A stretch of 64,000 nucleotides of DNA from an uncultured Actinomycetes bacterium (lineage in GTDB: Bacteria; Actinomycetota; Thermoleophilia; UBA2241): assembly GCA_963709345.1 (NCBI GenBank), contig CAVPVX010000007.1:288001-352000 (forward strand). Direction: 5' to 3'. The notes under the pieces were generated by a model. It was not told the DNA's origin and did not search any database. It saw only the letters and a program-made list of their open reading frames with translations. The translations under genes and the position numbers were made by a program. This document shows positions 9,981-22,145 of the stretch, piece by piece (position 1 is the first letter of the stretch; every line of letters begins with the position of its first letter).

Positions 9981-10717
9981 ACGTCTGCACTGCAGACCTG
10001 CACGTCCACACGGCGCTGTCACCGTGCGCCGCGAACGACATGACGCCGCCGGCCATCGTCGCCACGGCGATCGCTGAAGGCCTGGACATGATCGCCATCT
10101 GCGACCACAACAGCGCGCGCAACGCCGGGGCCGTACAGGAAGCCGCCGGCGAGCGCCTCGCCGTACTCGCGGGCATGGAGATCACCTCGGCGGAGGAGTG
10201 CCACGTGGTCGGCCTCTTCCCTTCCGCCGCCGCCGCCGAGGCCGCCGCGGCCGAGGTGGGCGCCGGGCTGGCGCCGGCCGACGACGGGTACGAGACGTTC
10301 TTCGGCGAGCAGTTCGTCGTCGACGCCGGCGGCAGGGAGACCGGGCGCGAACACCTCGCCCTGGCCACGGCGACCTCACTCGACGTCGACGCCGTCGTCG
10401 ACCTCGTGCACCGGCACGGCGGCCTCGCCATGGCAGCGCACATCGACCGCAAGAGCTTCGGCGTGATCGGCCAGCTCGGGTTCTTCCCGGCCGAAGCGGG
10501 CTTCGATGCGGTCGAGCTTTCACGCCACATCACGCCGGGCTCCGGGCGCGAGGCCGAGTTCGCGGTCCACGGGCTGCCCGTGCTGCACTCATCGGATGCG
10601 CACTATCGCGACGACATCGGCGCGGTGTGCACGACCATCCACTGCGAGCGGGCAAGCTTCGACGAACTGGCCCTGGCCCTGTGCGGTCGCGACGGACGGA
10701 GCGTGGGCGATGCATGA
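9977..10717 (+). CDS. PHP-domain phosphoesterase
   Basis: DLHVHTALSPC, ICDHN, AHIDR, SSDAH. Confidence 0.88.
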   Translation: MNVCTADLHVHTALSPCAANDMTPPAIVATAIAEGLDMIAICDHNSARNAGAVQEAAGERLAVLAGMEITSAEECHVVGLFPSAAAAEAAAAEVGAGLAPADDGYETFFGEQFVVDAGGRETGREHLALATATSLDVDAVVDLVHRHGGLAMAAHIDRKSFGVIGQLGFFPAEAGFDAVELSRHITPGSGREAEFAVHGLPVLHSSDAHYRDDIGAVCTTIHCERASFDELALALCGRDGRSVGDA

Positions 10718-11204
10718 CCTCTCGCTCTACCTCCTCGACATCCTCGAGAACTCCGTGCGCGCGGGGGCCACGGTGATCGCGACGGGTATCGCCGCCGACC
10801 GCGGCAACGACGAGCTCTCGATCAGCGTCGAGGATGACGGCCCGGGCCTGCCGGTCGAGCCGGAGCAGGCCCTCGACCCCTTCTTCACGACCAAGACGAA
10901 CAAGAGGACCGGCCTCGGCCTCAGTCTCTTCCGCCAGGCGGCGGAAGGCGCCGGCGGCGGGCTGAGCGTCGGCCGCTCCGATGAACTCGGCGGCGTCTCG
11001 GTCCGCGTCTGGATGCGGCTGGACGACGTCGACCGTCCACCGCTCGGCGACGTCGCCGCCACGATCGCCACCATGGTCGTCACCAACCCCGGCATCGAGT
11101 TCCGCGTCGACCTTGCCGACGGCGATGCACACCGCTCACTGCGCGGACCCGAAGTGCCCCAGGGCCTCCCGGCGCTCGTCGCCTTTCAGGAGGCCACCCG
11201 TTGA
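10710..11204 (+). CDS. HATPase_c-domain protein (histidine-kinase-like ATPase)
   Basis: MHDLSLYLLDILENSVRAGA, DDGPG, DPFFTTK, GLGL, DRPPLGD. Confidence 0.82.
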   Translation: MHDLSLYLLDILENSVRAGATVIATGIAADRGNDELSISVEDDGPGLPVEPEQALDPFFTTKTNKRTGLGLSLFRQAAEGAGGGLSVGRSDELGGVSVRVWMRLDDVDRPPLGDVAATIATMVVTNPGIEFRVDLADGDAHRSLRGPEVPQGLPALVAFQEATR

Positions 11205-11318
11205 CCAGCGAGCCCAACGGAAGGCGGTGGTAGCACCGTCTACGAGGCGGGCCTACGGCCCGAGACCAGGACCTCATCTGCGAAGCGATCGCAGTGGAAC
11301 CAAGCGAAGGAGAGGCGA

Positions 11319-11861
11319 ATGAGTGAAGAAGTGAGGCCGTGCGCCTGCTGTGACTGCGACGAGGAACCGACCGAGGAAGAACTCCTCGAGCGGCTCGACG
11401 CCGTCATCGCCGAGTACAAGGGCAAGCCGGGCGCCCTGATCCCGGTGCTGCAGCTGGCCCAGGGCATCTTCGGCTACCTGCCCGAGGTCGCGCTGAAGCA
11501 TGTCGCGCGCGAACTGCGCAAGCCGTACAGCGAGGTCGCCGGCGTGGTCGGCTTCTACTCGTTCTTCACCACCGTGCCGCGCGGCAAGCACCTGATCCGC
11601 ATCTGCATGGGCACCGCCTGCTACGTGCGCGGCGGCGTCGCGGTGCTCGACGCGTTCAAGAAGGGGCTCGGCATCGACATCGGCGGCACCACCGAGGATC
11701 GCCTCTTCTCGCTGGAGATCGGCCGCTGCTTCGGCGCCTGCGGTCTCGCCCCCGTCATCATGATCGACGACGACGTCCACCACCGCGTCAAGCCGAAGCG
11801 CGTCGGCGAGATCCTCGCCCAGTACGCCGAGGAACCCGTCCTGGCCGAGAGGAGTGCCTGA
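11319..11861 (+). CDS. [FeFe]-hydrogenase NuoE-like subunit (HydC/HndA type)
   Basis: LIPVLQLAQ, FYSFF, CMGTAC, CFGACGLAP [2Fe-2S] motif. Confidence 0.9.
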   Translation: MSEEVRPCACCDCDEEPTEEELLERLDAVIAEYKGKPGALIPVLQLAQGIFGYLPEVALKHVARELRKPYSEVAGVVGFYSFFTTVPRGKHLIRICMGTACYVRGGVAVLDAFKKGLGIDIGGTTEDRLFSLEIGRCFGACGLAPVIMIDDDVHHRVKPKRVGEILAQYAEEPVLAERSA

Positions 11862-11862
11862 C

Positions 11863-12234
11863 ATGGCCGACAAGATCACCAGCCCCGACCAGCTCAAGTC
11901 GCTGGCCGCGAAGGCCAAGACCGACATCGACCTGCGTGAAGGCCGCAAGGAGACGCAGGTGACCGTGCACATGGGCACCTGCGGCATCGCCGCCGGCGCC
12001 CGCGAGATCGTCGCCGCGTTCATGACCGAGCTCGCCGCCGCTGGCGTCACCTCGGCCAGCCTGCACCAGTCCGGCTGCGCCGGACTCTGCGAAGAAGAGC
12101 CGATGGCGACCATCACCCTGGCCGACGGCACGATGTACCGCTACGGCCTGCTCGACAAGGCGAAGGTCCACACCATCGTGGAAGACCATCTCGTCGGCGG
12201 CACCCCCGTCGACGCGTACCTGATCAAGACCTGA
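11863..12234 (+). CDS. Thioredoxin-like [2Fe-2S] ferredoxin subunit (HndB/HydD type)
   Basis: MGTCGIAAGA, GCAGLCEEEPM. Confidence 0.85.
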   Translation: MADKITSPDQLKSLAAKAKTDIDLREGRKETQVTVHMGTCGIAAGAREIVAAFMTELAAAGVTSASLHQSGCAGLCEEEPMATITLADGTMYRYGLLDKAKVHTIVEDHLVGGTPVDAYLIKT

Positions 12235-12251
12235 GAGCGAGTGAACTGACT

Positions 12252-15305
<3,054 letters not shown>

Positions 15306-15322
15306 GCAAGGAGAGCACCAGG

Positions 15323-17098
15323 ATGCCAACCCTGACCATTGACGACACCAAGGTCGAGGTGCCGGAGGGCACCACGGTCCTTCAGGCCGCCCGCCAGGCC
15401 GGCGTGAAGATCCCCACCCTCTGCTACCTCGAAGACGTCCAGTCCATCGGCGCCTGCCGCGTCTGCCTCGTCGAGGTGGAGGGCGCCCGCACGCTGGTCG
15501 CCTCGTGCAGCCAGCCGGCCTCCGACGGCATGGTCGTCAGGACCAACACCGGCAAGGTGCGCGACGGCCGCAAGATGGTCGTCGAGCTGATCCTCTCGGA
15601 GCACGACGGCGACTGCAAGACCTGCGGCCGGTCCGCCGACTGCGAGCTGCGCACGCTCGCCGACGAGCTGGGCATCGGCGACCTGCGCTACGAAGGCGAG
15701 AAGACCTTCAGGATGATCGACGAGAGCACCCCGGCGCTGATCCGTGACACCGGCAAGTGCATCAGTTGCCGGCGCTGCGTGACGGTCTGCAACGAGATCC
15801 AGGAAGTGGGCGGCCTGTTCGCCCAGGGCCGCGGCTTCGCCACGCTCATCGGCCCGGCCTTCGCGCAGAACCTGAGCGACGTCGTCTGCGTGCAGTGCGG
15901 CCAGTGCGCCGCCGTGTGCCCCGTCGGCGCCATCCAGGAGCGCAACGAGATCGACCGGGTCTGGGACGCCCTCGAGGACCCGACCAAGACCGTCATCGTG
16001 CAGACCGCGCCGGCGATCCGCGCCGCGCTCGGCGAGTGCTTCGACTACCCGGCCGGCACCCTGGTGACCGGCAAGATGGTCGCCGCCCTGCGCCGACTCG
16101 GCTTCGACGCCGTCTTCGACACCGACTTCACCGCCGACCTCACGATCATGGAGGAAGGCACGGAGCTGCTCGTGCGCCTGAAGAAGGCACTGGTCGACGG
16201 CGAGTCCGTCGCCCTGCCGCAGTTCTCCAGCTGCTCGCCGGGCTGGATCAACTACATGGAGCATTTCAATCCCGAGATGCTCGACAACCTGAGCACGTGC
16301 AAGAGCCCACAGCAGATGTTCGGCGCGGTCGCCAAGACCTACTACGCAGAGAAGATCGGCGTGAAGCCGGAGGACATGGTCGTCGTCTCGATCATGCCCT
16401 GCACGGCCAAGAAGTTCGAGGCCGCGCGCCCGGAGATGAACGACAGCGGCGTGCAGGACGTCGACATCGTGCTCACCACGCGCGAACTCGGCGCCTTCAT
16501 CAAGCAGGCCGGCATCGACTTCCGCAGCCTGCCCGACGAGGAGATGGACGCGCCGCTGGGCATGAGCACCGGCGCCGCCGACATCTTCGCCAACACCGGC
16601 GGCGTCATGGAGGCGGCACTGCGCACGGCGTGGGCGATCGTCACCGACTCCGAACCATTCCCGTTCCCGAACCTGCACGTCGAGCCGATCGAGGGCCTCG
16701 ACGGCGTCAAGACCGCGACCGTCAAGGTCACCGGCGCCAAGGGCGACTGGGCGTTCCTCGAGGGCGCCGACCTCAAGGTCGCCGTGGCTCACGGCCTCGG
16801 CAACGCGCAGAAGGTCATCGACCAGATCAAGAGCGGCGAAGCTGAGTACCACTTCGTCGAGGTCATGACCTGCCCCGGCGGCTGCATCGGCGGCGGCGGG
16901 CAGCCCCGCCTCACCACCAACGCCGTGCGTGAGGCGCGCATCGCCGCCATCTACCGCGAGGACGAGGGCCGCGAGCTGCGCCAGTCGCACGAGAACCCCG
17001 CCGTCTGCGAGCTCTACGAGGAGTACCTCGGGGCGCCCTGCGGCGAGATCTCGCACCACCTCCTGCACACCCACTACTTCGAGCACGACCGCGTCTGA
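15323..17098 (+). CDS. hydA: [FeFe]-hydrogenase catalytic subunit (group A)
   Basis: H-cluster motifs SSCSPGW, MPCTAKKFE, EVMTCPGGCIGGGGQP; N-terminal Fe-S domains; ATG at 15323. Confidence 0.93.
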   Translation: MPTLTIDDTKVEVPEGTTVLQAARQAGVKIPTLCYLEDVQSIGACRVCLVEVEGARTLVASCSQPASDGMVVRTNTGKVRDGRKMVVELILSEHDGDCKTCGRSADCELRTLADELGIGDLRYEGEKTFRMIDESTPALIRDTGKCISCRRCVTVCNEIQEVGGLFAQGRGFATLIGPAFAQNLSDVVCVQCGQCAAVCPVGAIQERNEIDRVWDALEDPTKTVIVQTAPAIRAALGECFDYPAGTLVTGKMVAALRRLGFDAVFDTDFTADLTIMEEGTELLVRLKKALVDGESVALPQFSSCSPGWINYMEHFNPEMLDNLSTCKSPQQMFGAVAKTYYAEKIGVKPEDMVVVSIMPCTAKKFEAARPEMNDSGVQDVDIVLTTRELGAFIKQAGIDFRSLPDEEMDAPLGMSTGAADIFANTGGVMEAALRTAWAIVTDSEPFPFPNLHVEPIEGLDGVKTATVKVTGAKGDWAFLEGADLKVAVAHGLGNAQKVIDQIKSGEAEYHFVEVMTCPGGCIGGGGQPRLTTNAVREARIAAIYREDEGRELRQSHENPAVCELYEEYLGAPCGEISHHLLHTHYFEHDRV

Positions 17099-17147
17099 GA
17101 CACGGATGACGCGGCGTGGACGACGAGGCGGGCTTCACGGCCCGCAG

Positions 17148-17182
17148 CGGAGGCGGCCCCGGGCATCCCGGGGCCGCCTCCG
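17148..17182 (+). terminator. Hairpin after hydA
   Basis: CGGAGGCGGCCCCGGG-CAT-CCCGGGGCCGCCTCCG. Confidence 0.55.
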
Positions 17183-17234
17183 GGGGCGCGCAGCCGGAGA
17201 GACGACCGGCGAGCGGCTATACTGAAGGCAGACC

Positions 17235-17642
17235 ATGAGCGCAGAGCAAGCCCTGATACTGATCGTCGACGACGACTACGACTTCCTCGAGATCAACCGC
17301 ATCATCCTCGAGGGGGCGGGTCACCGCGTCGTCACCGCCACGAACCCGGCGGAGGCCCATGAGCGCATCGAAGCCGAGGCTCCGGACCTCGTGATCACCG
17401 ACCTCATGATGACCAGCATCGACGCCGGCTTCGCCTTCGCGGCGCAGCTCAAGAACGACCCTCGCACCGCCGCTGTGCCGATCATCATCAGCACCTCCGT
17501 CAGCAGCCAACTCGGGCTCAACTTCCGTCCCGACTCCGACGAGGACCTCGCGAAGATGAACGTCGACGCCTACTTCGACAAACCCATCGACGCCCAGGCG
17601 CTCGTCGCCAAGGTCGCCGAGCTTCTCGGCCGCGCCGGCTGA
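17235..17642 (+). CDS. Single-domain response regulator
   Basis: ILIVDDD, PDLVITDLMM, KP. Confidence 0.88.
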   Translation: MSAEQALILIVDDDYDFLEINRIILEGAGHRVVTATNPAEAHERIEAEAPDLVITDLMMTSIDAGFAFAAQLKNDPRTAAVPIIISTSVSSQLGLNFRPDSDEDLAKMNVDAYFDKPIDAQALVAKVAELLGRAG

Positions 17643-17664
17643 CGCGCGCAGCCACGGTCACGCA

Positions 17665-19719
17665 ATGAACGAAGACCAAGTCCCCTACCTCCAACTCGTC
17701 ACCACCATCGGCGAGAAGTGCCGCGGCTGCTACACCTGCGTGCGGGAGTGCCCGGCCAAGGCGATCCAGATCCTCGACGGCCAGGCGAGCGTCATCCAGA
17801 CGCGCTGCATCGGATGCGGCAACTGCGTGACCGTCTGCAGCCAGAACGCGAAAGAGGTGCTCAGCGGCATCGAGACGACCGAGGGACTCCTCGCTGGGCC
17901 GTTGCCCGTAGCGGCGATCGTCGCTCCGAGCTACTCGGCCGAGTTCACGGAATGCGACACGGCCGCCCTGGTCGGCGCACTGCGCGACCTCGGCTTCGAC
18001 TACGTCCACGAAGTCAGCTTCGGGGCCGACCTGGTCGCCGCCGAATACGCGCGCCTCCTGGCGCAGGACGACGGACGCTACGTGGCGACGTCGTGCCCCG
18101 CGGTCGTGAGCTACACCCGCAAGTACCATCCCGACCTGTTGGACCACCTCGCCCCCATCGTCTCGCCGATGCTCGCCATTGCCCGCGTTCTCCGCAAGAA
18201 GTATGGGCCCGACATGAAGATCGTCTTCATCGGGCCCTGCATCGCCAAGAAGGGCGAGGCTCGCTACGCACAGTTCGCGGGAGAGGTCGAGGAGGCACTC
18301 ACCTACGTCGAGCTTCGCACGATGTTCGCTGCCCACGGCGTCAGCCTGCTTGGGCGCGACGGCGCGGACTGCGACTTCGACCCCCCACACGGCAGCCTCG
18401 GCGCCCTCTTCCCCATCAGCCGCGGGCTGCTGCAGGCGGCCGATCTCTCTGAGGATCTGCTGACCGGAGACATCGTCAGCGCCGACGGCCGCCAGAACCT
18501 CGTCGAGGCCATCTCGGACTTCGAATCCGGCGAGACGGACGCCCGTCTGCTCGACATCCTGTGCTGCGAGGGCTGCATCATGGGCGCCGGCTTCAGCACC
18601 GAAGACCCCATCTTCAAGCGCCGCTCCGACGTGAGCGCCGAGACGCGGGCCCGCCAGGTGGGCTTCGACGGGGCCGCCTGGGAAGCGGCGACGGCCGAGT
18701 ACGCCGACGTCGACCTGTCACGCGACTTCGCGCCCTTCGACCAGCGCTTCGACGACATGCCGACGCCCGATGAGGTCAGCGAGCTCCTCGCGCGCATGAA
18801 CAAGTTCGCCCCCGAGGACGAGCTCAACTGCGGCGCCTGCGGCTACGAGAGCTGCCGCGACCACGCGGTGGCGATCTGGCAGGGGCTCGCCGAAGTCGAG
18901 ATGTGCCTGCCGTACTCCGTCGAGGAGTTGCACAAGACGGTCAGCGAACTGCAGGAGTCGCATCTCTCTCTCGAGACCACCAAGGAGGCCCTCGTCAAGA
19001 GCGAGAAGCTCGCCAGCATGGGCCAGTTGGCAGCCGGCATCGCGCATGAGGTGAACAACCCGCTCGGCATCCTCCTGCTTCACGCCAACCTGCTGCTCGA
19101 GGATTGCGAGGATGATCAGGCGGTGACCGAGGACGTCAAGCTCATCGTCAACCAGGCGAACCGCTGCAAGAAGATCATTTCGGGCCTGCTCAACTTCGCC
19201 CGGCAGAGCCGCGTGGTGCGCCAGCCGACTGACGTCACCGACCTGGTCGCCGAGGTGCTGCGCACGAGCCCGATCGAGGACGGCGTCTCGATCGAGGTCG
19301 TCGACCACCTGGACGACGCGGTCGCCGAGCTCGACGGCGATCAGGTCGTCCAGGTGCTCACCAACCTGCTCACCAACGCCCAGCACGCGATGCCGGAAGG
19401 CGGCACGATCTTGGTGACGCTGGACGGCACGGAAGAGAACGTCGTCGTCTCGGTCAAGGACGAGGGCACGGGCATCGCCAAGGAGCACCTCGACAAGCTG
19501 TTCAGCCCCTTCTTCACGACCAAGCAGGTCGGCAAGGGCACCGGCCTCGGGTTGGCGGTCACCCACGGCATCGTGAAGATGCACCGCGGCCAGATCACCG
19601 TCGAGTCGAACCCCGACCCGGCCGCCGGGCCCACCGGGACCACATTCACCATCGTACTGCCGCGTTACGAGACCGAGACCACCGCCCCCGCCAGCTTGCA
19701 GGAGATCACGGAGGCCTGA
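17665..19719 (+). CDS. Sensory (group C-like) [FeFe]-hydrogenase fused to a histidine kinase
   Basis: 2x[4Fe-4S]; ATSCPAVV, IGPCIAKKGEA, DILCCEGCIMG; LNCGACGYESC FeS domain; AGIAHEVNNPL H-box; NLLTNA, DEGTGI, FFTTK, GTGLGL. Confidence 0.88.
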   Translation: MNEDQVPYLQLVTTIGEKCRGCYTCVRECPAKAIQILDGQASVIQTRCIGCGNCVTVCSQNAKEVLSGIETTEGLLAGPLPVAAIVAPSYSAEFTECDTAALVGALRDLGFDYVHEVSFGADLVAAEYARLLAQDDGRYVATSCPAVVSYTRKYHPDLLDHLAPIVSPMLAIARVLRKKYGPDMKIVFIGPCIAKKGEARYAQFAGEVEEALTYVELRTMFAAHGVSLLGRDGADCDFDPPHGSLGALFPISRGLLQAADLSEDLLTGDIVSADGRQNLVEAISDFESGETDARLLDILCCEGCIMGAGFSTEDPIFKRRSDVSAETRARQVGFDGAAWEAATAEYADVDLSRDFAPFDQRFDDMPTPDEVSELLARMNKFAPEDELNCGACGYESCRDHAVAIWQGLAEVEMCLPYSVEELHKTVSELQESHLSLETTKEALVKSEKLASMGQLAAGIAHEVNNPLGILLLHANLLLEDCEDDQAVTEDVKLIVNQANRCKKIISGLLNFARQSRVVRQPTDVTDLVAEVLRTSPIEDGVSIEVVDHLDDAVAELDGDQVVQVLTNLLTNAQHAMPEGGTILVTLDGTEENVVVSVKDEGTGIAKEHLDKLFSPFFTTKQVGKGTGLGLAVTHGIVKMHRGQITVESNPDPAAGPTGTTFTIVLPRYETETTAPASLQEITEA

Positions 19720-19722
19720 GCG

Positions 19723-20940
19723 ATGACCGTCGAGCCGACAGCACGTGAAAGCCTCATGGACCCGCAGCAGGTCACCCTCCGGGTGGTGATGGTCGACGAC
19801 GAGGAGGCCCTCTGCCTCGGCGTGCGGCGCATCATCCAGAAGTACAAGGTCCACGTCCCGGACGTCCTCGTCGACGCCGACTACGGGTTCCGCTACTTCA
19901 CGAGCGGCGAGGACTACCTCTCGTACCTGAACGACGGCGGCGCCGTCGACCTGCTGCTCCTCGACCTCAAGCTCCCCGGCGTCGGCGGCATGGACGTCCT
20001 CGACGCCATGAGCGCCCAAGGCCGCGAGGTGCTCACGATCATGATCACCGCCTACGCGACCTTCGAGACCGCCGTCAAGGCGACCAAGCTCGGCGCCTAT
20101 GACTTCCTCGCCAAGCCGTTCACACCCGACGAGCTACGCTACGCGCTGCGCAAGGCGACCAGCCAGCTCATCCTGAGCAAACAGGCGCTCAAACTGGCGG
20201 AGGAGAAGCGCGAGATCCGCTTCAACTTCATCTCGGTCCTGGCGCACGAGCTCAAGGCGCCGCTGAACGCGGTGGAGGGCTACCTCAACATCCTGCGCAC
20301 CACCGAGGCCGACCAGAACCTCCAGATGGTCGAGCGCAGCATCGTGCGTGTCGACGGCATGAAGAAGCTCATCATGGACCTCCTCGACCTCACCCGCATC
20401 GAGTCGGGCCAGCGCGAGCGCCAGATCAAGCGGCTCGACCTGCACGAGCTGGCCAAGGCGTCGATGGAGCTGTTCGCGGTCGACGCCGAGCGCCGCGGCA
20501 TCACCGTCAAGCTCGAAGGCGAGGGTGTCGAGCTCATGGCCGACCCCGGCGAGGCTGAGATCGTCCTCAACAACCTCATCTCCAACGCGGTCAAGTACAA
20601 CCGTGACGAAGGTGAAGTGACCGTGCGGCTCAGTCGCAAAGGCGACGCCGTCTCGATCGCCGTCACCGACACCGGCATCGGCCTCACAGCGGAAGAGGCC
20701 GGCAAGCTCTTCAGCGAGTTCACGCGCATCAAGAACGAGCAGACGGTGAAGATCCTTGGCAGTGGCCTCGGCCTCAGCACGGTGCGCAAGATCGCCAACA
20801 TGTACGACGGCGAAGCGCGCGTACAGAGCGAGCAAGGCGTGGGCAGCACCTTCACGGTAACGCTCCACGACGCGCCGCCCGCCGGCGGCGCGGCGCCCAC
20901 CGACGACGCGGCCCTGACGGCCGCGGCGCCGTCCGCCTGA
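19723..20940 (+). CDS. Hybrid receiver-histidine kinase
   Basis: VMVDDEE...DLKLPG...KPF receiver; LAHELKAPL H-box; NNLISNAVKYN, DTGIG, GSGLGL. Confidence 0.88.
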   Translation: MTVEPTARESLMDPQQVTLRVVMVDDEEALCLGVRRIIQKYKVHVPDVLVDADYGFRYFTSGEDYLSYLNDGGAVDLLLLDLKLPGVGGMDVLDAMSAQGREVLTIMITAYATFETAVKATKLGAYDFLAKPFTPDELRYALRKATSQLILSKQALKLAEEKREIRFNFISVLAHELKAPLNAVEGYLNILRTTEADQNLQMVERSIVRVDGMKKLIMDLLDLTRIESGQRERQIKRLDLHELAKASMELFAVDAERRGITVKLEGEGVELMADPGEAEIVLNNLISNAVKYNRDEGEVTVRLSRKGDAVSIAVTDTGIGLTAEEAGKLFSEFTRIKNEQTVKILGSGLGLSTVRKIANMYDGEARVQSEQGVGSTFTVTLHDAPPAGGAAPTDDAALTAAAPSA

Positions 20941-21022
20941 CGTCGCCGATACGCTCGCGACGCGTCTCCGGCGCCCGGCTTGCCCAAGCCCCCGGGTGGT
21001 GTGCGATACTAACGTCACGTGC

Positions 21023-21040
21023 TCGTGACCCCTTGCACAA
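21023..21040. promoter_or_regulatory. Rex-type operator candidate upstream of the second hydrogenase operon
   Basis: TCGTGA-CCCCTT-GCACAA, 10 of 12 conserved positions of TTGTGA-N6-TCACAA. Confidence 0.45.
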
Positions 21041-21258
21041 GCGGCCGCGATGCGTTAGAAACGCCGAGTAGCTGAGGCCAGGTCGAACGGGGATTCTGTG
21101 AAGTGAACGGCCAGCACTTATCGTCGTATCCCTTGCGCGCTCTCGCCGTGACGGCGCCTGCCGTCATGCCCGGGTCCGCGATACGGAGACGGCGATGACT
21201 GGCTGTGTGGGCGTGCCATCCGGCGACGCCAGGGGAACGGTAACCGACAGAGGAGTAC

Positions 21259-21633
21259 GTGGTGCCCAAGATCCTTATCGTTGACGACGACCCGGACATC
21301 GTCGATGCCGGCAGACTGGTCCTCGAACGCGAGGGCTACGAGGTCGTAGGCGCGCCCAACCGCGCCGACGGCATGAAGCAACTCGAGGAGAGCAAGCCCG
21401 ACCTCCTCATCCTGGACGTGATGATGGAGGAGCCGGACGACGGCCTCCGCATGGCGCGCGAGATCCGCAAGAGCGGCAACAACGTGCCGATCATCATGCT
21501 CACCAGCGTCAACGCCGCCATGGGCCTCAACATCGACAAGGACGGCGAGATCGTCCCGGTCGACGAGTTCCAGCCCAAGCCGGTGGAGCCACAGACGCTG
21601 GTCGCCAAAGTCAAGAAGCTCCTCGAGCAGTGA
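21259..21633 (+). CDS. Single-domain response regulator
   Basis: ILIVDDD, PDLLILDVMM, KP. Confidence 0.88.
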   Translation: MVPKILIVDDDPDIVDAGRLVLEREGYEVVGAPNRADGMKQLEESKPDLLILDVMMEEPDDGLRMAREIRKSGNNVPIIMLTSVNAAMGLNIDKDGEIVPVDEFQPKPVEPQTLVAKVKKLLEQ

Positions 21634-21644
21634 GAGGACGAGAG

Positions 21645-22142
21645 ATGCCCGTGACCAACCAAGAGCAGCTCCGCACCGACGTTCTCGCCCTGGTCGACAA
21701 ACTCGGCCCCGGCAGAAGCTCTCTCATCCCGATCCTCCGGGATGTCAAGAGCCACCACCACGAGATCGACAGCGAATCGATGCAGACCATTGCCGACATC
21801 CTCGACATCCACCCCGTCGAGGTCTACAGCGTGGCGTCGTTCTACGCATTCCTGCACGGCGCCCCCGAGGGCCGCTTCGTCGTGCGCCTGTGCGGCACCC
21901 TGTCGTGCGATTTTGCCGGCAAGGCCGCCGTCGCCGAGGCGCTCACCGATGAGCTCGGCATCGACTTCGACGCGACCACCGAAGACGGCGTCTTCACGCT
22001 CGAATGGGCGAGCTGCGTCGGCATGTGCGACCAGGGCCCGGCCCTGCTCGTGAACGACGAGGTCCACACGCGGGTCACGCCGGAGTCGGTGCGCGAGATC
22101 GTCGCCGCCTGCCGGTCCGCCGCTGCGACCCAGGAGGGCTGA
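21645..22142 (+). CDS. NuoE-like hydrogenase subunit (HydC)
   Basis: LIPIL, VYSVASFY, CGTLSC, CVGMCDQGP. Confidence 0.88.
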   Translation: MPVTNQEQLRTDVLALVDKLGPGRSSLIPILRDVKSHHHEIDSESMQTIADILDIHPVEVYSVASFYAFLHGAPEGRFVVRLCGTLSCDFAGKAAVAEALTDELGIDFDATTEDGVFTLEWASCVGMCDQGPALLVNDEVHTRVTPESVREIVAACRSAAATQEG

Positions 22143-22145
22143 GCA

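Noticed and set aside
16222-16245. SCSPGW instead of SCCPGW in both HydA proteins as a catalytic defect
   Set aside because: Cys/Ser variation at this position is a known form of the first H-cluster motif
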